Assembly (NCBI RefSeq): GCF_002113885.1
Contig: NW_018479929.1
Span: forward strand, 1-64,000
DNA: 64,000 bases
DNA from: Mizuhopecten yessoensis
Taxonomy: Eukaryota
Direction: 5' to 3'
Both the position numbers and the translations under genes were made by a program. A model generated the notes under the pieces. It saw only the letters and a program-made list of their open reading frames with translations, did not search any database and was not told where the DNA came from. Below, piece by piece: positions 52,806 to 64,000 of this stretch; positions within the stretch are counted from its first letter, which is position 1, and each line of letters opens with the position of its first letter.

Positions 52806-54287
52806 AGTGAGAATATCATTCTACGCAATAATAACACATTGCCCGATATAAAATAACTGTATTCCCGAAAAGTATCTTATTTATATTTTATCGTACATAC
52901 ATGGATGAATAGTACATAACATACTGTAATGTACGTACATGTAACAAGCTAGCGCGTTATCAACTGCTCCAGCAAATCATCCCAATTAAAGATAACAAGC
53001 TAACGGGTGTGATTGGTATGAGTATGAGTAAAGTGAACGACATTGACCTTGTACTGATTGATACCGGCTTAGTAATCGGAAAAGAAATAGACATTCTCGG
53101 TATATGCTTTAAATATAGCTGTTCGTAGATAAAGTTATCTCCACTGATGATAGACAGTCGAAACCGCATGTTGATAATAGTATTTTGAACCTTAATGGTG
53201 AAACCAGATAAAAGGTAGGGTCATTTAATATTTCGAATTAACGTTGACCTCTTTTGATGACATTGGTGTACATTTTTGTCTTTATTTTTACATCACGTCA
53301 CACTGCCAGATATGTTTTTCCGCTGCAAACGGATCAATTTATAATGGTTCATTATATTAAGAATATCATTGGGAGAATTTGTATGCCATAATTGTCTTTC
53401 AATTGACATTTGAGAAATTAGTTTACCATTATTTAATTTGACTATCGTGTTTCTACCTAAATTAAAAAAACTAAAATGCAAGATTACAACTAGCAAAAGC
53501 GTCAGCAGCAACGTACCATGTCACTATATCAAAAGGTAAGAAATGTCGTTTATAGAATATTGACTTCAACTCTGAAAAAAACAAAGATAAATCGATAACG
53601 ACGATTAAAACAGTTCAACCTTTATGAGATGGTTGGTTGTTTAAAGCACCTTTCGTTTGTCGCCCTTTTTCTCATAAAGTACTTGGGCAATAGTTCTTTT
53701 ATTTTAGTTGTAAGTCTCCCTTGGTACTGAGATGAGTATGTTGATTTTACAGTTTGACACAAAAACAAGATGACTGTGGCATTGACAATAATTATTTGTA
53801 ATTATTATTATTATTTATGATAATGAACTGAAGTCTCTTTTTAGGCTTATCTGATCTGCTGGTTCTTTGTTATGTACAATATCAAATTATTCGTGCTTTT
53901 CTTTATACATTATTATAAAATAAGTATGCTAGTACAAAGGTCGAACGACTGCCCCACTTTGAGTGGATGATATCGCAAACAGCAGTTTGGATATTTGATG
54001 AATAGTTTGACAAGATACTGTTGAAATGAATCAATCCAAAAATAAGAAAATTATCAGAGATAAAACTGCCTATCAGTAAAAATATAATACCGCACGTTAT
54101 CGTGGTGTGCTTTCTAACACTTAAGTGAGGAAAAATCTTTTACAAAAATTCAACTTTGTTTATTTACCAAAAGAGCACGTCAGAGTAAGTCAGAAAATAC
54201 ATGACATGTTATAATGCTATATTTTCAACATGATCAATACAGTTATAAAACTTAAGCTATTTTTAGCCAATTTTAATCTGACAAAAT

Positions 54288-56790
54288 ATGACAATAACAG
54301 TTTTGATGTTTATGAATTAAAATCCGCGCATTACTATTGTACATGATTGATAACTAGTACTTTAAGACTTCTGATTATCTATCTTTCAATTTCAAGTGTT
54401 TAGTTGCGTATTTATGACATCAACATATAACTTACGTGATGCGTAATGTCGGATCTGATGAGCGTGAGTAGAGATTGTATCGTATTGATAAAAAAAAGTT
54501 GTTGAAGTGAATTCGTGTTTCAATTTACATGGTCCCCTGGTAATTCGGGTATTATTGATATTTATAAAGTTGACTAAATGTAATATTTATTGCCTGTCAA
54601 TTTAAAAATAGTCATCATTCAATAAAATATTAGCTGAAAGTCTTTGCTGTTATCTTTCGTATAATCTATTTACATCCTTTTGGTGACGCTGTTATACATT
54701 TGTCTTAAACAATCTTAATTTCTGATAATTCCTGAAGGGAAAATTGATAGTATGAATAGTTCTGTCTAAGATCGTCTGCGTAAATGTAAGAAAATATAAT
54801 GTAGGGATTTAAATGCTAACCTTGGTTCAATTTAACGATTATGTTCTCCATAATTTCCAAAATGATTTTTGTACAAAAACGAATTAATTTGTGACACAAG
54901 AGTAGCTTATGACAATAACCGTTTTGATGTTCATGAATTAAAATCCGCGCATTACTATTGTACATGATTGATAACCAGTACTTTAAGACTTCTTATTATC
55001 TATCTTTCAATTTCAAGTGTTTAGTTGTCTATTTATGACATCGACGTATAACTTACGTGATGCGTAATGTCGGATCTGATAAGCATGCGTAGATATTGTA
55101 TCGTAATGATAAAAAAAGTGAATCCGTGTTTCTATTTACATAGTCCCCTGGTAATTCGGGTATTATTGATATTTATAAAGTTGATTAAGTGTAATATTTA
55201 TTGACTGTTGATTTTGAAAATAGTCATCATTCAATAAAATATTCGCTGTATGTCTTTGCTGTTATCTTTCGTATAATCTATTTACCTCCTTTTGGTGACG
55301 CTGTTATACATTTGTGTCCATTTTACCGAAGATAAATCTACCAGAGACGATTTGGGTGAAAATAGTCAAACACAAGTATATCGATTATTTATCTGAGAGA
55401 GAACACATCTTATGTATGTATTCCACAAATAATGCTCGTACAGTGGTCATTTAAAAACAAGTTTTTTTTTTAGGTTTCCCGAAGGGAAAATTAATAGTAT
55501 GAATAGTTCTGTCTTAGATCGTGTGCGTAAATGTAAGAACATATGATATAGGGATTATTTAACGATTATGGTCTCCATAATTTATAAAATGATTTTTGTA
55601 CAAAAACGAATTAATTTGCGACACAAGAGTAACTTTTCTAAATACAATCCATAAATAGTAAAGGTTAAATTTTGGTGGAAAATAGTCTAAAAACAGAATC
55701 GAATTTTTATCATAAAATCATGCAATATGCTACTGGCTTGTGTAATTTTTAATACCTATACACTCTTGTTTTTAGGATTCGAAAGTAGGATTTATTTATT
55801 TACCAAAAAATGGGCTTAACAAGTAAAGTTTTCATGACATGCCATAATATCTTATCAGGATGATAAATTACATCAATAGATAATCACCAAAAACTTTTAC
55901 CTGAACTATTCTCATTAACCAAAAACTAAACCAAACCACCTGGTGTTATTTTACTATGTAAATATGTGAAAACAACCGTATTGATGTTCTTGATTTAAAA
56001 TTCACGCATTAATATTATTTCGGAGAATTGATAGCTGATATTATCAGAATTCTTGGAACTTATCTTTATATTTCAAATATATTGTGTCAAATGAATTTCG
56101 TCGACATATAACTTACGAGCAACGTAACGGGGACCTGATAAGTAAAAATTGATTTATCGATTTATTGAGCATCAATAAGAAGGTGAAGGTAGTGTCCTCG
56201 AACTCAGGTTACTCGAATGCCCCTCATTCGTCGAACAGTTTGTTTGGTCCCGGCCGAGTTCCTACATGTTCTTTGTTAAGTAACCCCGGATTGTATGTTT
56301 ATCGAATTCTTGGAACTTATCTTTATATTTCAAATATATTGTGTCATATTGATGACATATAACCTACGAGTAACGTAACGGCGGACCTGATCAGTAAAGA
56401 TTGATGTATCGATTTATTGAGCATCAATAAGAAGGTCAAGGTAGTGCATTCCATTATATCGTAGGAGCCACCATAAATATGTGTATCGATTTATTTGAAA
56501 AAACATGCCCCATGGAGATTCAAAAAGATATTGACAAAGACATCTAAGCAGATCAGAAAGTTCAGTAAGAATATCGCTGTCATGCAGACAGATATATGCC
56601 AGCTTATCTTAAAGCAGGATAAACCCTAATATCATCATGATCTCCGTTATTGATAGTTATTTTTGTATATATATTTTTTAAATTTTGACTTCAGGGTAAC
56701 TTTTCTAAATACAATTTATAGGTTGTAAAGATAAACTTATGGTTGAAAATAGTCTGAGAAAGAAAGATAATCGATGTTTTACTATATACC
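54288..56790. repeat. Tandem about 621-bp repeats (two close copies plus diverged/partial copies)
   Basis: ATGACAATAAC.GTTTTGATGTT.ATGAATTAAAATCCGCGC at 54288 and 54909. Diverged copy at about 55965. Partial copies to about 56790. Confidence 0.85.
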
Positions 56791-56794
56791 TTTG

Positions 56795-58057
56795 TGTAAG
56801 ATTCACACATGTAAAAGTCATCCGGTAGCGTGTTCAAGCAGGTCGGGTACACATGATACACTCGTGGGAAAACAAACAAATTATGTAACGAGAACCGACC
56901 GGGATTGATTAAATACTGGTTCCCTAGAACATAAGGCAAACACGGTTCAAACAGTATATGCAATGTATTTACAATGCATAATTAGTACACAATACACAAA
57001 ATCAGATTGGTTTTCTCTCTCTCTCACTATCAACTCGCTAACGAATGACATGTAATATGTACATATATATATCTAACTAATAATACAAAATGCCATATAA
57101 ACACCATAAAGTCTCTGTAGCTGGTTGGACGCTGTTGTGTCGTGTCCAATGTTGATGACGGCGTCCTCCCTTAGACTTGTCCAATCTCAGTGAAGTCCCC
57201 TCCAAGCTCACAAATACATATATAACGTAGCGGGTCACACAGATCCAGCCGTTACGGGTCACACAGACCAGTGAAACATAAACAGGTCACACAGACCAGT
57301 CAACTCTCAGTCACACAGACTAGTGGGACACAGGTCACACAGACCAGTCCAATGTACGGGTATACAGTGTCACCCTCTCCATGGCCACACAGGTCCAGGT
57401 AAGTATATACAGTAATAGGTCATACAGACCAGCCAAATACAAGGGTATTAGGTTTTACCCTCTCCATGACCACACAAGTACAGGTAGGTATATATGTAGG
57501 AAAAGGGTTTCTCTGGGAACGTTCAGTCTCGCGTCATCGGGATCCGATAGTTGTAGAGTACCAAAATGACCATCTGTATTTGTCCTTCCGTTACACGAAC
57601 GTCGACGGCCCAAGGACGAAAAGCTACAATATACGTATGCCTTAACTAAATAGCTATTATACACGTAACGATAGTATTATACTGGTATACTATTTAATTA
57701 CAATTATTGATTAAGACAATATAATCTATATCTGAACTGGTTATATATAGTATTTAAGCAGTAATGCTAGCACTAAACATTTCATTATGCTGAACAAAGC
57801 TAACAGTGATATTGTTCACGCTTTAACTGGTCCAACGCCTATATATGAGTCAATACATTTGTTATAATAAATCTGATAAAACTTAAACAAGTTTAAACTT
57901 ACCGCTAGCAGCTATTTGCGCTCCAACATTCACTACACGGTCCGCACCCGTAATGTCCGCCCTTCTCACCTGTAGTACACTTATTAGCGCTTGCCTAACT
58001 TACCTGTTAAAGTTACCTGGCTGGAAAGCGCGCGATATTCAAACACTGATATTTACA
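56795..58057 (-). mobile_element. LTR-like region abutting the Gypsy pol fragment, containing a nested 712-bp LTR-like element (56884-57595)
   Basis: Outer ends TGTAAGA...TTTACA. The inner element has a perfect 7-bp terminal inverted repeat TGTAACG...CGTTACA and internal GGTCACACAGACCAGT repeats. No TSDs recognised. Confidence 0.55.
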
Positions 58058-58790
58058 GATACAGATACTTCTGGAATTTCTGGATCGCCCAGACTTTTGC
58101 TAAGCATTCCTTCTCAACGACTGCATACGCTCGCTCACTGTCCTTCAGTTTCCTACTAGCGTAGGCCACCGGGAGCAAGCAGTTGTTTTCCAACTGTAGC
58201 AGAATTGCGCCTATTCCATAGTCCGAAGCATCTGCTTGGATAATAAACTCTTCCTCCAAATCCGGCAATTTCAAGATTGGGCTCGTGGCCAACAGCTTCT
58301 TCAGTGCCTCAAACGAATGCTCCTGCGGTTCATCCAAAACCACTCGATTTGGCAATCCTTTTTTGGTCAAGTCCGTCAGTGGAACTGCAGTCACTGCAAA
58401 ATTAGGAATACATTTTCTGTAAACCCTACTAGTCCTAGAAACGATCTAACTTGTTTCTTGGTTTCCGGCCTAATTGCATCCATGATCGCCTTCACTTTGT
58501 CAGGGTTTGGAAGTAGTCGTTGTTGTCCCACAATATGAACCAGGCATTCCAAACTATCAAAGCCCAGTGCACACTTTGTCTGTCGGTCTAGCTGTGAGAC
58601 CAGCGTCTCGCAATCGTGCACATAGTTCATGTAGAACTTCAAGATGTTCTCTCCATGACTTTGTATAAATCAACAAGTCATCCACGAAACTTTAAATGTT
58701 GCACATTCCATTTAGTAGTTTCCTTACCATACGACAAAAAGTTGCTGGTGAATTCACTAACCCAAAAGGCATCACTTCAAATTGGTTGAC
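58053..58790 (-). mobile_element. Gypsy/Ty3 pol fragment (RT-RNase H), degenerate
   Basis: MPFGLVNSPATFCRMV, FVDDLL, TKKQVRSFLGLVGF, PLTDLTKKG, DASDYGIGAILLQ, PVAYASRKL and EKECLA.VWAIQKFQKYLY. Confidence 0.95.
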
Positions 58791-58799
58791 CTTTATTTC

Positions 58800-61700
58800 A
58801 ATTTTCGTCCTGTGTGTTTTGTGGTCTGCGCATGCGCTCGATACTAAAACAATTGAAAAGACAAAAAATAGATATGAGCATGACACAAACATGGCAATGT
58901 TAGACATATGTTCTTCATTTGGTTTCCCCTTTATTTTTCAAATTTCACTGATTAAAACTACATCCGTGTAGAAATGGATGTGCGTGCATCAAGAAAATAC
59001 ATTTTTGTTAAATGTTCCGAGACAATTATACTAAAACGGCATCTATTTTTTTTTTTTTTAATATTTACAATTGAATTTTCAAAAGGACATAGAATTGCTT
59101 CAACATGTGTATCAAATGTGTTGATCTGATGTGAAATTATATTTAATTCCTCTATTTATTTCGTTGCTTTGTGTATTATCTACTCAACAAATGCGGAAAC
59201 AAGAACCAGTAAACCCCAATACATTAGAGATTTATCGCGCCGTAGAAAAACTATCTACATGAAACAACCGTTGTAAGTAAAACTGTATACCACCGTTAGC
59301 AATGCGTGTACCTGTATGTTTAAAAATAGAATCATCTGTAAATGACTCTTATTGTCAGGTTTGGAACAAATCCAACTACGCATATTGATATACTTTTCTA
59401 ACTAGCCTACCACAAGTATTATATAAATCGATATATGCTTTTATACCTTAAAAAACGCTGGTATCCTAGACACCTTCGATATGAGACTGTTAACTTTCAG
59501 TCAACATAGTGTACAATGAACGGGCTTTTTTTTTTTAGCTATTATGAAACTCATCATTACACAACATGGCACTGAATGTTCTTCATGTGTAGTTAAGTTT
59601 TGTTACTCCCCTTTTTCCTTTTTATTAGTAATGGTTAACTTTCTCCTGTTATTTTGTTATAATTTTAGAGTAATTATACCGTATTAAAACTATAATATAT
59701 CAACTATGAAATAAAATTATGACACTACTTATCAATCTTACAATAATGTTACATACTTTGGTAATGTGGGGTTGGCCGTATCGCTCCTTAATGCTTCTAG
59801 TTTTAAGGTATATGTCACAAGGTTAGCCTTTAACTTATGTGAGCTTTTTTGGAACTATTGCGCCTCTTTTACTTGAAAAGCATTATGGATCTATTTATAG
59901 AAAGTTGACAACTGTCAGAGATTATACACTTAACATCAAAACAATCTTATAAGTAATTTCTTTTTATAACCTTACAGTTCGTTATTCCTTTTATCTCAAC
60001 ACAATATCCATATTTAATATATTTCAATTAACGCTGGTCACAAAGTAACCGTTGCTTTACCGTAAAGTTCTACCTAATTGATAGTATTTAGGATTAGGAG
60101 CTTGCTATATTTACTGCGAATATGAAGAGAGTTCATAACTACTGAATAAAATTAAATCGCACGTGAATCATACATATGTGAAACAAAGACGCTTCTATTT
60201 GATAAGAAAAATATACGGTTTTCATATTGCATACATATGATAGCTAATCATAGTATTTTACTAAAGATGGTCTTCAAATCGTTTTATCCGAGTTGTTTTG
60301 TTGAACATGAGTGGATAAATAGTCACTGATATGTAAAGCAATCTAGATGACTACTTTCTTAAAATGAATAATTCGAGATAGTTTCATCATCCTGTGGAAA
60401 CCTTTCATTTCTTTTATCATGATGTCAAAATGATCAGTTTGAATACATTGTTTGTTTGTTTATTTGTTTGTGTTTAACGGCCCATCGACAACTGTGATCA
60501 GTTAGGGCATGAATGCATGTAAATAGCAATATAAACCATTTTAAGGTAAATAGCACCAACAATATAACCATAATATTACCATCGCACTTTTGTGAGATAT
60601 TTAAAACATCTAAAAATATATTATATCAAATTCGCATGCTGCGATGCGTTTAACAAAATTACGCTTTTTTCAGTTTGAAAAAAGAATGCATGAGTCGATA
60701 TCAGTACCTTTACACTATGCTACTAACAAGGATAGGATAGATAAAATCACAGAAATAACATGAATGTTTAAATCATTGAGCTCATACCAAATGAAAAAAG
60801 TTGAATTTTATATAGAATAATGAAATGTTCAAGGAAAAAACTTAATAAACCCTTCTTCTTGAAGTAGTACCATTTACTTTGATACTCAACTCTAGTCCGA
60901 ACCATCTATCTTACTGACAAACACATAAAGTAAAACTGATTTCTTCGATCTCAAAACAGTCTAAAAAATCAATTTAAAACATTTATTTAGAAAGATCTTA
61001 TTGATATGCATCGTTAATGTCCTTGACAGGTACACGAATCATCGAATATAATGTATGTTTCGAGTCCATCCATTGATGTCGAGATATCAAAACAAAGCCA
61101 ATCAGTAAGAGTTTTCAGAGAAGAAACAGAAAGCCGTACGTGCATTAGACGAAAGCTTACACATATTCTCGGCGAAGACCTGTTTATCTATGCAGAGAAA
61201 GTCAGGATTTAATTCCGTAGCAAATTAACTGCTATGATTATATGTCTGCGCTTTCAATATTCTCTCTGTTACCTTTTCAGAATAAAAGACAGCGGCGTTA
61301 TGGCGTTTGGATTGCTTGTGGACCACTTTGTATTCCTTCTTGACTGAAAGTGCAGTGACCAAGTACAAAAAATTGCCACCCGAAAGATTATGAAACTTTG
61401 CAACAAACGAAGCAACTTCAAAGTACCTGTTGACGTGGTAGCAGTTTCCCAAAACTGTTTGACAGATACTGGTTTAGAGCAAGGCCATACAGTCAAATCA
61501 CTACACAGTGGGACTCTATCGGAATGGTAACAGAAGCAACCAAGCCAATCACCACAGAGACAACCAAAGAAGCAGACGGACCGACCACTTCAAATTCAGA
61601 ACAGAAAACTCACAAAAACATTGTCGTGGAAATAACTGCAGGTCATTTCTTTACACAAAACGATAACGCATTTTTCGTTAAGAATGGCGAAACTAAAAAA

Positions 61701-63260
61701 ATCGGGAAATGTCTCACAAGTCTACACCGTTCAGGAGACACTACGACCATCGCCATGATAGAACTCGACGAGAAGATGACAAACAGAGAAGATTGCGATC
61801 TTAAATTCAGAAATGAAACTGGTGAATCGTGTGACTGTGTTGTGTTTAATGGCACTCTTGCTTCTGGTACCGTAATGTACAAAAAAGGTGCTGCCACAGA
61901 AATGAGCGAAGGAATTGTGGCCAGCCCAGATTTTCGGCTAGTAGGACTTGTCGATACGCAGAAGGGTTATTTGATCAAAGGTCGAGATGATAGTGTTTTC
62001 TCTGAGGGCGGAGATAGCGGTTCTATTGTATTTACGTTAGACAACAAGGATACTGAAAAGAGAACTGTCAATCTAGTATCGATCGCTACGAAAATGATGC
62101 CAGATGATGCGGCCAGAATACTTGGTATCCCTGTAACTCTATCGTCCATCGTCCGCCTGGACAGGTGTATTGAAAAACTATTTGAGCTCAAGGGTGCGGC
62201 CGTACAGATGCATGAAAAGTAAAACACTGCGATATGCATGTTGTCTACGTTGCCCATTATAATACATACTTTTTTTTATCTTTGACTATTTTGCACACTT
62301 GCAAATCTTCAATCTAAATACATATTTGTTTTTCTTATTACTTTAACAAGAATACTAGCACGGTAGATCATTAGACATTTCTATTGCTTTGGTTTGTGTT
62401 ATAAGGTTCATGTACATCTATTAATACTGTGTCTTGTCCTTCTTTGAAAACTTTTAACTTCGGTGTAAGTATATATATAGGACTTGATAGAAAATAAAAA
62501 CATATCAAAGTAGTACATTTGTTACTCTTTCTTTTGATTTTTAGGCTGTTCGTCACTTTGATATCCGTTTACTTGTTTAAACATCTGTTTAGTGGGTATA
62601 TTTTTAAATGTAGTATACGTTGTCTGTGATTTTTCAATTTTCATCAGTGTTTTATATATTGTTTTGTAGTTTGATAATAATAATTTCTACATCTTATTTT
62701 AATAATTGTTTCAACATAAATCATTTGTAATCCCTATTGATTAAAAATAAATAAAAAATTGCAACCTTATTTGGTTTTTAAATTATATGTAAAACGTGTA
62801 TATATATATGCGTTAACAATTGTGAATAAAGAAAATACACAGCGAACAACAATTAATTAATTATTCTCGATTATAATTTTCGTTATGTTCGCGCATTTAC
62901 ATTCTTCTTAGAAAATGACACGGTCGAATGTTCCAGAAGTCGACATCGTTAACGTTATAGACAAGGCTATATGAATGTGTATCTATTAAATAATAAGAGG
63001 TTTGTCAGCATCCCGTTCTTATATAATTAGACATGAAGGATCCAGAATATGTTCCCAATTTCCAGATGTTAAATGTACGAAGTAATAGTTGACACCAGAA
63101 TGTTATGGCGCTAAACCGTGAAGTAAACATATATGGTAACGCGACGTATTTGAAACAGGTATCAATTCGCCGAACCTTCTTTCACTGATTATATATGCTA
63201 ATGTATACGCAGTGACGATTTTCTAAGATCAAGAAGGAATGGTGTACATGTATACATTAG
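58800..63260 (+). repeat. Segmental duplication copy B (paralogous to about 43240-50640)
   Basis: See the shared blocks listed for copy A. Confidence 0.88.
61030..62222 (+). pseudogene. NAL1/Ssy5-like trypsin-fold (PA clan) serine protease gene, paralog B; disrupted
   Basis: Exon from 61030 (frameshift at about 61070). Exon from 61281 (ttaccttttcag|) reads GVMAFG..VPVDVV..GHTV..SGTL[frameshift at about 61519]GMV..ITAGHF..YKKGAATEMSEGIV..FSEGGDSGSIV. In-frame TGA at 61345-61347. Confidence 0.85.
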
Positions 63261-63471
63261 CTGTTCAATAGTCTTGGTAAAATCATATATTTTGATATAT
63301 TTTTTACCTCCTATACATTTGTCTTCCGAATTCATAGAAAGAAAGACTTTTCTTATATATTTGTATATCTCAGTTTATACACACAGAGACGCATATAGGT
63401 ATATTCATTATAATTATATTCCGCATTCAATATTGTTCCATCATCTTGCATCTTCATTGTTCATTTAACAT

Positions 63472-63745
63472 GAAACGCACAAAAACATTATCGTGGCAAT
63501 AACCGCAGGTCATCTCTTTACACAAAACTATGATGCATTTTTCGTTAAGAATGGCGAAACTAACTTGTTTGACTAGTCGATACGCAGAAAGCATACTTGA
63601 TCAAAGGTCGACATGATCATGTTTTCTCTAAGGGTTGATATAGCGGCTTTATTGTGTTTTCATTTTAGATGTCCATGACGACAGGTGTCTTGAAAAACTG
63701 TCTGAGGTCAAGTGTGTGACCGTGCAGATGCCTGAAAAGTAAACA
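63472..63745 (+). pseudogene. Third, heavily deleted copy (C) of the protease domain
   Basis: Three collinear pieces match about 61605-61696, 61946-62040 and 62143-62229, including ..ACCGCAGGTCAT.. (TAGH) and the terminal GAAAAGTAA. Confidence 0.9.
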
Positions 63746-64000
63746 GTGCTGTTGCTTTACAAAGAAATAAGTCTACAAGTTCCGAATCGACTAAGAATAA
63801 GAAACAATTGTGTAAATGTAAACCAATTTTTCTCTTGAAACAAAAATAAAGAAAGCCCAGTGCTGAAGATCAACTTCGATTAATAATCACCGCACTTGCT
63901 GTCACTCAAAATAACTGTCTTTTCCCGTCAGTTTGATATGTATGTTTCCTTACATTGGTCACGGAATAATGTATGTTTTATTTTTGTTTTTCCAATTTGT

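Noticed and set aside
61643-62257. Minus-strand ORFs overlapping the protease (also antisense ORFs over the MULE, Crypton and Gypsy)
   Set aside because: Antisense shadows of real coding sequence.

Overview
AT-rich, repeat-laden animal genomic DNA. Spliceosomal GT-AG introns and the repeat and domain repertoire point to a bivalve mollusc, possibly a scallop; this is inference, not proof. No prokaryotic operons, rRNA, true tRNA genes or CRISPR arrays are present. Main contents: (1) A three-exon minus-strand gene (29235..24246) encoding signal peptide + farnesoic-acid-O-methyltransferase-like (Methyltransf_FA) domain + PAN/Apple domain. All its introns are phase 1, and the skippable middle exon has an in-frame TGA. 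(2) A tandem cluster of three decaying paralogous copies (about 43100-50600, 58800-63260 and 63470-63745) of an intron-containing, NAL1/Ssy5-like trypsin-fold serine protease gene. One copy has the protease domain replaced in frame by foreign sequence, one has frameshifts and a stop, and one is a deleted fragment. (3) Many transposon remnants: two CR1/L2-type LINEs (one with a degenerate 2A-like motif, one nested in a LINE ORF1 with a recoverable TSD), a MULE with TIRs and TSD, an intron-containing Crypton tyrosine-recombinase element, a Penelope-like RT fragment, Gypsy RT/RNaseH and LTRs, SINEs and MITEs. (4) 51-bp and 68-bp minisatellites and 621-bp tandem repeats. (5) Several single-N contig joins flanked by duplicated sequence, including a 2.9-kb false duplication. 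All family assignments come from motif recognition by eye; no searches were run.
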